DNA of 34,170 nt from Candidatus Iainarchaeum sp. (GTDB lineage: Archaea; Iainarchaeota; Iainarchaeia; Iainarchaeales; Iainarchaeaceae): positions 1 to 34,170 of the forward strand of contig JBDRLP010000014.1 of the NCBI GenBank assembly GCA_043812975.1, in the 5' to 3' direction. Within the stretch, counting starts at the first letter, position 1; every line of letters starts with the position of its first letter. The notes beneath the pieces were generated by a model. The model made no database searches. It saw only the letters and a program-made list of their open reading frames with translations, and was not told the DNA's origin. The translations under genes were made by a program, and so were the position numbers. Shown piece after piece: positions 9,301 through 18,169 of the stretch.

Positions 9301-12300
9301 AAGCAATATCTCCTTGTAATGTATTATCAGCGCCAATTGCTTCTCTGATAAATGCATCAATCTGGTAAGGAGAATCAGAAGCAACTTTATCCATTTCAAC
9401 CTTTACAATGTAGCCTTCTTCGCTTCCTAATTTTAGATTAAGTTTGTTGGTTCCACTTGAACCGTTTGTGAATCTTTCCTCATCACTGAAAAGTTTCTTT
9501 GCAACATTCTTTCCAACTTCTTCTAATACTGGTTCATTAGTTTCAACAACACCAATCCATGGTTTTGATGACTGGTTAATTCCCACGCCTTTATCAACCG
9601 GTAAAAAGTTTCCAATGTTTTGTATAAGCGGAGTACACTGTTCAGTAACCTGTCTGACTTTAGCATCTTTATCATCATCAGATGTTAGGTCTATGACTAT
9701 GTTCATTAAATCCGGAAGAACTCTTGCTCCTTGTACACGTGCAGAACCATTTAATGTTATCTGGTATCTTCCGCAGCCTCTGAAATTACTGTTCATGAAA
9801 ACCTGCTTTGAATAACCTCCAAGAAGTCCTCCTGCATAATCGTTTTCAATAAAATCAGAAGTATAACTTTTGATTGAACTTTGTCTTGTTGCAAATTCTT
9901 TCTCAAGCATCTGCGGAGTCAAATTATCATGGCTCATGTAAACATAGAAAGTATCGCTCACCAATCCTAACTCATCAAAGTTACAGAAACCCCTTGCAAG
10001 ATTGCCCTGACCACAGCTTGTTTGGCTTACGCTTCCACTGTTGTTCTGGATTTGTTTTTCAGCATCCCTGATTTTTTGTTCAACCCTGTCAGTTAAGTAT
10101 TTTGAAAGCTGTACTGCGTCACAATAAGAATTGTCACACTGAGGGCTTGTTGAATCAGCAATCACCGGGAACCTTACTTCTTTCTCAGAGTTGCCTCCGC
10201 ATATTGAAATGTTTCTTGCTTCACTTGCCGCAACTCCTGATTCAACATTTTGTCCAAGTTTTACATCCACAATTATAGGGCTTGAATCAATCGGGTTTCC
10301 GCTTCTTGGTAAAAATCCTTTAACATAAACCGGTGCCGGGCTTCCCTGGAAGTCTTCATTCTTTTCTAGTATTAAGTTGAATTTTGCTCGGGCTCCAGGA
10401 GCAATAAATGCATTGATTGGAGCTATTGCAAGTTTGTTGTTTCCAATAGGCGCCTCTGAAAGACCAACCACCCTTACTTCTTCTGCACAGGTGTTTCTAA
10501 GAGTAATTTCTTTAGAAATTGCCCCCTCGTTGCTTTTAGTGCTTATGTAAACAAGGTTTCCAGGAATTGCTATAAGGCACTGGTCGCCTGAAGCATGAGC
10601 GGTTATAATCACTGGTCCAAAGCTGAATGATTGTCCGTCTATTACTCCGGTAATATCAAGTTCCTTAACCTCAACCAGAGTTGTTTTTTCATTCCTTGTT
10701 ACCTGTGCTACTAGTGTTTTTGGTGGAAGAATCGCCTGTCCTTTTTTCAGGAACTGTATAGGGAAATCAGGAACAACTCGAATATCTACATTGCCGCTTC
10801 CCTTTGTGTTCCTTACACTAAACCTCACGTCCTCAATGTCTGCTTCTCCGATATTTCTCACAAACAAAGGAACCTGTGCACTTAATCTTCCCTGATTATC
10901 AGGGCCCAAAAATAATTCAATATTCCTTGTTACCTGTAATGCATACCTAGGGTTCCAGATGTAAACATCCAAAGGAATGCTTTTCTCAAAGCCGTCAGTC
11001 TTAAACACTAAATCGAAACCGAACTTTTCTTTACCCGGGTAATTTCTCAGTATTTTGTTTGTAATGGTAACAGTAATCTCATCTATATCCTTTCTTCGTT
11101 CAGTGCTTGTTAGTTCAGGTGCAAGGTTAATTGTTTCTGCTTCAACCTCTAAACCTTCATTCTTTTTACCTTCAGGAATAATTTCAGGAATCAATTCAAG
11201 ATCAAGACCCTGACATTCTGGTCTATCTGCAAGTTTTGCTGTAAAGCTTGTGCTTGTTGAGGCAGAGAAATTATTGTAAGTATAATAATTGGTTGATTGC
11301 TGTGGAGGCAAGGTCCCATAGGTGCTATCATAGTAACCCCTGTCTTCTAATCCTGATGCAACATAAACAGCCAGCTTGTTTTTGCTGAACTCAACACAGC
11401 TGCTGTCAATAGTAGGATTAAATTCAACATTTACTTTTGTTTCTGCTGAAACACTGAAGCCTGTCTGGGTTCTGCCTCTTGCAATTATTCTTACTTCTCC
11501 GTGTGCATTTTCTTTGTCTCCAATGTACTCAGCAACCACTACAAGCCTCTGAGTTGAGTTAGGGCTTAAAACTGAAATAGGAGTTACCTGTATTTCCATT
11601 CCCTGCGGAAGTGTTCCAATAGGAATTACTTCAAAGCTTAATTGTTCAACCCCTTGTTTGGAACTGTTTTGAATCTCAATAAACTTTTCAGCCGAGGTTT
11701 GTCCTTTTCTGATGACCATGAATGATTCGTCTTCATTAAACTGAATAACTCCGTCTTTGGTTATTTCGATTGCTCCTTTTAGTGACTTAAACTTCGGAAC
11801 ATTAACTTCGAAAAGTAAAGTGCCGGCATCAAAGGAATTTCTCACAGAGTATCTTCCATTTCCTCCGTTGTTTGCAGAACCGTTTCCTTTAATTGTTTCT
11901 AAGTGTTCGTTGGAAGTGTTTCTCAGAATTATTTCTGCATTCTCTATTGCGTTTCCTGCTTCATCCTCAAGAATAATTACAAAGTCTTCTCCCAGAACGA
12001 CATTGTCAGGAATTGTTTTCAAAACTAAATTTCTTTCCTCATAAATCTCAAAATAAAATTGTTCATTAATAACTGTTTCTCCGGAAATAATCTGAAGAGT
12101 TATTGATGAGTTTTCTGTTTTGTATGGTTTAAAGAAAAGTCTCACACTTGTTGGTTCTCCCTGTAAAGCAGAAACATTATCTACCTGAATACTGGTGTCA
12201 GTGCTGTTGCTGTCAGGGAAATTTGTATAATCATTAATTCCAAATCCCTGGAAACCAATTTTTGGTTTTTGTCTTTGGGTTGAACCTTTCACGGTTACTT

Positions 12301-14797
12301 CTGAAGCAAGGTCAGGCGAAAGATTAACTTCAAGTGCATAAACGTTTCCTAAAACCGCGGAAAAGTTTTCAACTCCGAATTCAGAACCGTCACTTCTCAC
12401 AAACTGGTAAGAAGCGCATAAATCATTTTCACAGGAAGCAGTCTGTTCTAAAATCTTAATCCTGTCTTTTTTGGTTTCAGCATACAAACTTGTTTTGTTT
12501 GAAGAAAATTCTTCCAATCCAAGTTCAGGATCATCAGGTGTCCTGTACTTCATGTTGCTGATTTTTGCCCATGCCCTGTACTGCAATAATGCATCGGGGT
12601 TAGAAGCGGTTTCTTTTGCTTTTACCCTGACCTTAACAACCTTTTCTCCACCACTTTCAAACTTAACTTCAATCCATTTGTTGTATTTGCCTTCTTCTCC
12701 CTGATTATCAAAATCAAGCGCTTCAAAACCAGGGCTTGGTTCAGGAGAATAACTTCTTCCGTAAAAAGCGCGCCCTCCGGAAGCTGAATAACCAATTATT
12801 CCAGCATCCTGTGAATCAACAAATCTTACATTATCTTCTCCAAGCCTTACATGTAAACCATTTTCATTTGCCCCTTCAGGATAAACAACTCTGAATTTCA
12901 GGAAATAATCAATTCCTTTAGCAAGCCCTTGTGCTTCTGTTCCATCAACAGTGTAAACTCCTAAAAATTCAACTTCAGGATTTGTTCCTACTCCTGTTTT
13001 TCCGTTAGGAGAAACACTGACTTGATCTAATCCTTCAACAAAGATTTCTTCTTCGAAAACATTTCCCTCTTCATCAGTAATCTTAACTGTTACATAACTA
13101 TTATCCTTCGGATCAAAAACAATCCCGCCCTTTGTGTATTCTCCTTCAAACAGCAAATCATTTCCCGCGGTTATTGTAACTAAACCTGCACTAATTTCAT
13201 TGCCGCTTTTGTCAAGAACAGTTAAGCCAACCTGTGAAAATGGTTTTATTAGTGTGATGAATGCTTCGTTTTCAAAAGTATCGAGGATTTTTATTGTTTT
13301 TCGTCCTTCCAGCCCATTTTTGGTTGCAGTAATAAATAAGGTAGAGTTTAATGGTGCAAGCATTGAAAACTTTCCTGTAATATCAGTTTTCTGCGGAGGC
13401 AAACCCAAAGGAACAAAACCTTCTTCCTCAGTTTCTTCCATAAAGTTTAATGTAGCATCATTGATTGCTTTGCTTTGGTCATCAACAGTGTAAACAATCA
13501 GTGAACCGGAATTATCCGCGGTTGCTCTTTCCATTACAAGATTAATGTTGTTTCCTTCGCTCAGCAAAACACTTTGTCTTGCAGGAACATATTTTTCATC
13601 CCATGCACTAACAAAGTAAAGATCTTCGCTTGAAAGATTCTCAAAATTAACTTCTCCTGCAAGTGTTGTTCTTTTTGTATCGAGAAGTTCTCCGAATTCA
13701 TTGAAAAGGAAAACATCAATTGAAGTTAATGGTCTTCCTGTAACATCAAGAATTCCAACAGTAAGTGCATTTGCACCTGGTTTCATGTAAACTTCCCAAG
13801 GGTACTCATCAGCTCTCAGAGTAATTGCTTCTCCTAAAATGCTTGAATCATAAGTTAAGTAATCTTCTTTTTCAACAACAATCCTGACTGATGTTCCTTT
13901 TGAAATTTTTGTTATCTGTTCTCCATCCTCATCGGTTTCGGTTAATTCAGTAATTAATTCGTTATCCTTGAAATCATAAACGCGAAGAGTAAAGTTTCCA
14001 AGCCTTTGCTGTGAATCAAAATCAAAAGCTCTTACAATCAGATTTGTTTGTCCTGATGAAGCTCCTGCTTTTGGTGTTAATGCTATTTCATCAATTGAAT
14101 CAGAACCAAAAATAGTTTCAAAAATTTTCTGTTCATAATTAGGATGATCAATTGTTAACTGAACTCCGTCCTCAAGAATAATTCCGGCACAGGTGTAAAT
14201 TCCTCTTGATCCTTCAAAACAGTCAATGGAAGCATCTTCATTAAGCTTTGCAGTTACTTTTGCCCCTTCGATAAGATCACCGGTTTCAGCATCAATTAAT
14301 CTTAGAGCTCCTTCAGCAAATGCAACTATTTTCTGAAGCCTTATTGATACATCCATTGCCTCAGAATTAATAGTAAGAGTTCTTGTAAATGGTTCAAAAT
14401 CATCTTTTGTAGCTTCAATAATAAGTTTCGAACCAATTCCCCGCGGAATTGATATTGATTGTTGATCACGGAAAGTGTTTGAACTAATATCAATTTCCTT
14501 TTCTGTGTCCGCGTCAATAAAAGTAATGCTGACTCCTCTTAATGTAGCTCCTTGGTTATCAGTAATATCGAGGATTAAAGTTGCACCTGAACTTGAAAGA
14601 AACAAGAAACCATAAACTAAGAATAAAATTGCAAGCAAACCTGCAATTGCTACAGGAAAAGCAGGAATACCCCGGTCTTCTAATGGATCAATTATTGCAT
14701 AAACAGGAATTCCTTTATCGCTTATGAAATCCATAGCGGCAAAGAACTTGTCTTCCATCGCTGTATAAACGCCACCTATCTGCTCTGACAAACTCAT
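6395..14797 (-). CDS. Giant membrane-anchored surface protein (2800 aa): N-terminal TM anchor, carboxypeptidase-regulatory/Ig-like repeats, Cys-rich modules, helical/hydrophobic region, lysozyme-like C-terminus
   Basis: ORF track; single TM near aa 48-68; repeats such as LTVGILDVTGRPLTSIDVFL and VEKEDY; many paired Cys; Ala/Gly-rich helical segment at ~aa 2070-2550. Confidence 0.9.
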   Translation of the reverse strand: MSLSEQIGGVYTAMEDKFFAAMDFISDKGIPVYAIIDPLEDRGIPAFPVAIAGLLAILFLVYGFLFLSSSGATLILDITDNQGATLRGVSITFIDADTEKEIDISSNTFRDQQSISIPRGIGSKLIIEATKDDFEPFTRTLTINSEAMDVSIRLQKIVAFAEGALRLIDAETGDLIEGAKVTAKLNEDASIDCFEGSRGIYTCAGIILEDGVQLTIDHPNYEQKIFETIFGSDSIDEIALTPKAGASSGQTNLIVRAFDFDSQQRLGNFTLRVYDFKDNELITELTETDEDGEQITKISKGTSVRIVVEKEDYLTYDSSILGEAITLRADEYPWEVYMKPGANALTVGILDVTGRPLTSIDVFLFNEFGELLDTKRTTLAGEVNFENLSSEDLYFVSAWDEKYVPARQSVLLSEGNNINLVMERATADNSGSLIVYTVDDQSKAINDATLNFMEETEEEGFVPLGLPPQKTDITGKFSMLAPLNSTLFITATKNGLEGRKTIKILDTFENEAFITLIKPFSQVGLTVLDKSGNEISAGLVTITAGNDLLFEGEYTKGGIVFDPKDNSYVTVKITDEEGNVFEEEIFVEGLDQVSVSPNGKTGVGTNPEVEFLGVYTVDGTEAQGLAKGIDYFLKFRVVYPEGANENGLHVRLGEDNVRFVDSQDAGIIGYSASGGRAFYGRSYSPEPSPGFEALDFDNQGEEGKYNKWIEVKFESGGEKVVKVRVKAKETASNPDALLQYRAWAKISNMKYRTPDDPELGLEEFSSNKTSLYAETKKDRIKILEQTASCENDLCASYQFVRSDGSEFGVENFSAVLGNVYALEVNLSPDLASEVTVKGSTQRQKPKIGFQGFGINDYTNFPDSNSTDTSIQVDNVSALQGEPTSVRLFFKPYKTENSSITLQIISGETVINEQFYFEIYEERNLVLKTIPDNVVLGEDFVIILEDEAGNAIENAEIILRNTSNEHLETIKGNGSANNGGNGRYSVRNSFDAGTLLFEVNVPKFKSLKGAIEITKDGVIQFNEDESFMVIRKGQTSAEKFIEIQNSSKQGVEQLSFEVIPIGTLPQGMEIQVTPISVLSPNSTQRLVVVAEYIGDKENAHGEVRIIARGRTQTGFSVSAETKVNVEFNPTIDSSCVEFSKNKLAVYVASGLEDRGYYDSTYGTLPPQQSTNYYTYNNFSASTSTSFTAKLADRPECQGLDLELIPEIIPEGKKNEGLEVEAETINLAPELTSTERRKDIDEITVTITNKILRNYPGKEKFGFDLVFKTDGFEKSIPLDVYIWNPRYALQVTRNIELFLGPDNQGRLSAQVPLFVRNIGEADIEDVRFSVRNTKGSGNVDIRVVPDFPIQFLKKGQAILPPKTLVAQVTRNEKTTLVEVKELDITGVIDGQSFSFGPVIITAHASGDQCLIAIPGNLVYISTKSNEGAISKEITLRNTCAEEVRVVGLSEAPIGNNKLAIAPINAFIAPGARAKFNLILEKNEDFQGSPAPVYVKGFLPRSGNPIDSSPIIVDVKLGQNVESGVAASEARNISICGGNSEKEVRFPVIADSTSPQCDNSYCDAVQLSKYLTDRVEQKIRDAEKQIQNNSGSVSQTSCGQGNLARGFCNFDELGLVSDTFYVYMSHDNLTPQMLEKEFATRQSSIKSYTSDFIENDYAGGLLGGYSKQVFMNSNFRGCGRYQITLNGSARVQGARVLPDLMNIVIDLTSDDDKDAKVRQVTEQCTPLIQNIGNFLPVDKGVGINQSSKPWIGVVETNEPVLEEVGKNVAKKLFSDEERFTNGSSGTNKLNLKLGSEEGYIVKVEMDKVASDSPYQIDAFIREAIGADNTLQGDIASEAADAIAGLRDNAIDGCISEDESYFLLKGKLDFGTIDVVPGDKIQVGYGSAQCTDLTITSSIKERVSLEGKQSTPISGITKESPFFFEEESDNRITEVSISELDEEKNNFTGKARICVEGDSQLQNAQGKTVVVEVKRIEGEGKKPIPKEIPLEVCGIHPLEFTEKLADLEQGKTYYATFVWNGKPDEELTLDDFLKMSRSAKVSSTADEILGGTASTRKGDSEPVANAKDKASHFYMGACSATSLATSLARPIIGWGGAVFNLLFDCGIPYFTLLGRDLPYISDVFDFASSLLGKATEYIKDAMGYLGDTVKTVFSFLGVEGLDDTAAALNAPSGESVPENIIDAFVPAAVVNDSILAASQTYGAKAINASQVGGLSDNIATTIANKFNTQVFEGAGGNAFLRSKFIRNLNSDLQKNIKANITETLKQKSRLARVGKSVTQEEIGAAVEAAIQKTGQNEKILSEFVQMRGNIAPGSPIKASELADEVAGEISGKMNLGSLASDNLPFGITENQFNNTGGALTRKLETSVTGPLRERAIGRYLTEIGVDRANLPIDILDELKQVKIKIAETDVKSVGKGSRTVTSYTAKVSQAQQTQALQEMEEILTRYTKQALTDGSSAFPRATAGAANAADDFIEAVAKKTNKLSAGRLTQAATEAFDPSSARPRLFSFRSLGKLAWNVVKEGAFGLLSNWVGLKAYDFVLDKELDKLTNTGTISTREDDLKKAQLDFFGPTFELEPSTATIRNYRTYSVAVSVADDQSTLFTLGLRDTIPKEPDIEKFVLNDCKAPNFNKGIGGSFPGLIPEVENESEFPKPFLRNSSTKNQHVAIAKSYLEEQANGDRYGGLIAQAVEAKQSEITQPLNFEALLTSLGIAKSGLGLDPNLQNQYMFGCNSTNQTTRSPFNNATCAMNKLVSYQEECVDTPECYFAKYNQDTSNMPSNFIDLKPTEFAEVYTAWEGYKFGITSP

Positions 14798-14959
14798 GAT
14801 TAAACCCTTTAACGGTATAAGATTAATTCCCTCTATTCTAATATAATGTTTATGATTAGTAGAATTGAAGTAATATATTAAGATATATTAATGAATTTAA
14901 TAAAAACCAGATTTTGCGACAGTTTTTATAGCTAAAAAGCATCTTTATTCAGTGGTTCA

Positions 14960-15232
14960 ATGGTTAATTTTCTTCTCATAAAACTAAGGACTGTATTCTA
15001 CGTTTTTACAGTAACAGCCCTCAGCAGTTTTGGATTGTTTGCTATTATAACAGGAATAACCCTTCACCTTGAAGGCCAGTTCGCCGAAGCTTTTGCACTT
15101 TATTTAGCAGGTTTCACAGCAATAATCTTTGACATCTGGTGTAGTTACAGAGTAACTCAATTGGTAGAAATCTGGTCAAGTAAAGGTGTTTTAATGAACA
15201 TCCAGAGTTCCATGAAGAACAGAAAAAATTAA
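14960..15232 (+). CDS. Small two-TM membrane protein (90 aa), unknown function
   Basis: Two hydrophobic segments and a basic C-terminal tail; TTTTTATA about 30 nt upstream; fills the gap between the flanking genes. Confidence 0.65.
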   Translation: MVNFLLIKLRTVFYVFTVTALSSFGLFAIITGITLHLEGQFAEAFALYLAGFTAIIFDIWCSYRVTQLVEIWSSKGVLMNIQSSMKNRKN

Positions 15233-15786
15233 ACAACCAAAACTAACTTATTTCTTAATTTTTTTGTTTTTTTGCTTTGTTTAGTACTCCATTTAAACCA
15301 GATAAAATAAAACCCTGCAATTGTTACAAACAAAAACACCCTGAATAATAAGTCATGTGAAAAGTTTCCCGCATCCAAACCAAACCACGCAATCACAAGA
15401 ACGCTTGCAATGATTCTGAAAAAATTAAAAGCAACAAGAACAATTGTTCCGACTAAAGAACCAATAATTCTTTTTTTCAATTCAATTCCGAATGATGCAA
15501 GAGTTGCAGCCCACACAAGAGCCAGTTCAAGCAAACCAGTGCAGAGATAACTAAACCCGAGAGGTATAGAAAAAGTTTCAAGATAAACAAGCACTGGTTC
15601 CTGAAATTCTATTGTTCCGGAAAAACCAATTAATTTCAAAAACTCCAAAGTAAAAAAAGCATAAAAAAATTCGAACCATTCAATAGGTACAAGTGAAAAT
15701 AAGAAATAAAACAACAAAAAAAGCACTGCTATTCCTGCAAGAAATTTTCCTGTTTTTATGTTTTCTTTTTGTGAATTTTTTTCCAT
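15229..15786 (-). CDS. Exosortase/archaeosortase-family transpeptidase
   Basis: Multi-pass membrane protein with the family triad in order: Cys (YLCTG), Arg (FNFFRI), His (FSHD). ATG 15786 preferred over the track's TTG 15795. Confidence 0.85.
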   Translation of the reverse strand: MEKNSQKENIKTGKFLAGIAVLFLLFYFLFSLVPIEWFEFFYAFFTLEFLKLIGFSGTIEFQEPVLVYLETFSIPLGFSYLCTGLLELALVWAATLASFGIELKKRIIGSLVGTIVLVAFNFFRIIASVLVIAWFGLDAGNFSHDLLFRVFLFVTIAGFYFIWFKWSTKQSKKTKKLRNKLVLVV

Positions 15787-15886
15787 ACAAAACAATTCAT
15801 TTTCAGAAATTTATTGGTTCTCTTTAGTCCCAAGTAAAGTATAATAAGAACAATACTCTAATTATTGTCAAAAATAGGGGTGTATT

Positions 15887-18169
15887 ATGAAAGCAGGCCA
15901 GTTTAAGCTTAGTCCGTACGTTGTCAAGGATGAGGGTGGAAAACGCTATTTGATTATTGATGCACGTGACTCTTATTATGTTCCTTCAATTTCAGATGAC
16001 CGAAATGCGCGTTATCAGGTTCTGAAAATTCTTTCAGAAGTTGAGGCAGACCTTGTTGTTCTGGCTGAAGTTTACGAAAGAGTTTATGATGAAATCCAGA
16101 CAAAAATGCTGAACGAAATTTCAACTTTACATGAAAAATTTGAAGTTGAAAGCATCTGGAGTTACTCTCATTTAGGCGACCCGGAGGTTGAGGAAGAAAA
16201 AGATTTTGGCACAAGGCATAATGCAATAGTAAAAATTGCTCATGATGAAATCCTTTTCGATCCGATTAATTCTTACATTATTCTTTTGCAGGAAATAAAA
16301 AAAGAAGAGATGAGATTAAGTGCAGTTCCGGAAGAAAAGAAAAGCCAGATTTATTCGAAAACCCTTCTGGATATAAAAGCAAAGTTTGAAAACACAGAAC
16401 TGATAAGAAAAGCAAGAGTATTACTTTCAAAATTAGAACATGTCCCGGAAACAACAGATCTTTACAGGAGTTTTTTTGAAGCTCAGGTTAAACCAAGTTT
16501 TATTGGTTCAAGACTTGTTTTTGGAGACGAAGAAAAACTGGAATTGCTGGATGAGTATTCTGTAAAAGATGCTACTGTTCAGATTTTTAAGCATCCAACC
16601 AGAACAGAAAAAATGTATTTCATTAATCTTCCTGAATATTCTTTGTCGCCGCAAAAATATTTCCTTCTTAGTAAAACAAAAGAAACAGTTGCAGCATTCA
16701 AACCAGGAAGGGCTTCCTTATCAGACCTTGCGAAAAGCCGAAGATATTTTGAAAGGATTTACCAGTCAACAATAAAAGATATTGCAAGAAAGGAAAGGAT
16801 TGATGTTTCCAATGATGAAATAATTGAATTAAGCCAGATAGTTGCGCGTTATACAGTAGGTTATGGGGTTCTTGAGGTTTTACTGACAGATAGAAGAATA
16901 ACAGATATTTACATTGATGCTCCAATTGGAAACAAAGCAATCTACTTGGTACATTCAGAGTTTGGCCAGTGTCAGACAAATGTTATTTACACTCAGGACG
17001 AAGCTGATTCATTTGTTTCAAAGTTAAGGGCAATGTCAGGAAGGCCGTTTGATGAAGCACACCCGATTTTAGATTATGATTTGCCTGAAATGGAAACAAG
17101 AATTGCCGCAATAGGCAAGCCTTTGTCTCCTGACGGAACTGCTTTTGCATTCAGACTTCACAAGACAACTCCCTGGACTTTGCCGCAGTTCATTAATGTA
17201 AAATATATTAGTCCCCTTGGAGCTGGGTTGCTTTCTTTTTTCATTGATTCCCAGTCAACAATGATTGTTACAGGTTCAAGAGGATCAGGAAAAACTTCTC
17301 TTTTGGGTTCACTCATGCTTGAGATTCTGCAGAATTCAAGGATTATTGTTCAGGAAGACACCTTGGAACTTCCTGTTGAATACCTTAAAAGTGTCGGTTT
17401 TAACATTCAGAGATTAAAGACAAGAAGCCCTATCGGAGAAAGTAAGGAAACAACCAATGAGGTTTCTCCGCAGGATGCTTTGAGAACAGCATTAAGGCTG
17501 GGAGATTCTGCTTTAGTTGTCGGGGAAGTAAGAAGCAAAGAAGCAAAAGTTTTGTATGAAGCAATGCGTGTTGGTGCTGCGGGAAACATTGTAATGGGAA
17601 CAATCCACGGGGATTCAGCTTATTCTGTATGGGATCGTATTGTAAATGACTTAGAAGTTCCTACTACTTCTTTCAAGGCAACGGATGTTGTTTGTGTTGC
17701 AAGACCAATTCGTTTTAAGGGTTCGCTTGAAAGGCACAGGAGAGTTGTACAGATAACTGAAGTAAAAAAGCATTGGCGTGATGACCCTTCTGATGAAGGC
17801 GGTCTTTTGGATTTAATGAATTATAATGCAAAAAAAGATGAATTGGAATTGATTGAAGATAATTTAAAAGACAGTGATTTGTTTTCAAAAGTAAGCAATT
17901 TATCAGGATTAACTCTTGATCAAATTTGGAAAAGCATCAGGGCAAGTGCTGAATCAAAAAGTTTTCTTGTTGAAACCGCGAATGAATTCAAAATGCCGGA
18001 ACTTCTTGAAGCAGAGAACACTGTTTTAGCAAACAACAAATTTATTCTGCTTAAAGAAGATCAGTTGGAAGAGTTCGGAAGTGTTGATTATAGTGAAGTT
18101 CTTGGTATGTGGAAAAACTGGACGAAAAATTATTTGATTAAACGTCTGAAATCCAGAAGAGGTAAGTGA
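15887..18169 (+). CDS. Type II/IV secretion / pilus assembly ATPase (VirB11/CpaF/FlaI family) with long N-terminal extension
   Basis: Walker A GSRGSGKT, Asp box QEDTLEL, ALRLGDSALVVGEVR (Walker B), His box GTIHG; GGGGTG SD-like site upstream. Confidence 0.95.
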   Translation: MKAGQFKLSPYVVKDEGGKRYLIIDARDSYYVPSISDDRNARYQVLKILSEVEADLVVLAEVYERVYDEIQTKMLNEISTLHEKFEVESIWSYSHLGDPEVEEEKDFGTRHNAIVKIAHDEILFDPINSYIILLQEIKKEEMRLSAVPEEKKSQIYSKTLLDIKAKFENTELIRKARVLLSKLEHVPETTDLYRSFFEAQVKPSFIGSRLVFGDEEKLELLDEYSVKDATVQIFKHPTRTEKMYFINLPEYSLSPQKYFLLSKTKETVAAFKPGRASLSDLAKSRRYFERIYQSTIKDIARKERIDVSNDEIIELSQIVARYTVGYGVLEVLLTDRRITDIYIDAPIGNKAIYLVHSEFGQCQTNVIYTQDEADSFVSKLRAMSGRPFDEAHPILDYDLPEMETRIAAIGKPLSPDGTAFAFRLHKTTPWTLPQFINVKYISPLGAGLLSFFIDSQSTMIVTGSRGSGKTSLLGSLMLEILQNSRIIVQEDTLELPVEYLKSVGFNIQRLKTRSPIGESKETTNEVSPQDALRTALRLGDSALVVGEVRSKEAKVLYEAMRVGAAGNIVMGTIHGDSAYSVWDRIVNDLEVPTTSFKATDVVCVARPIRFKGSLERHRRVVQITEVKKHWRDDPSDEGGLLDLMNYNAKKDELELIEDNLKDSDLFSKVSNLSGLTLDQIWKSIRASAESKSFLVETANEFKMPELLEAENTVLANNKFILLKEDQLEEFGSVDYSEVLGMWKNWTKNYLIKRLKSRRGK

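Noticed and set aside
7069..13493. Ten short plus-strand ORFs inside the 2800-aa gene
   Set aside because: Antisense shadows with no independent motifs.
14872..14891. Short atatattaa tandem repeat in the divergent promoter region
   Set aside because: Too short and AT-rich to distinguish from chance or TATA-like sequence.
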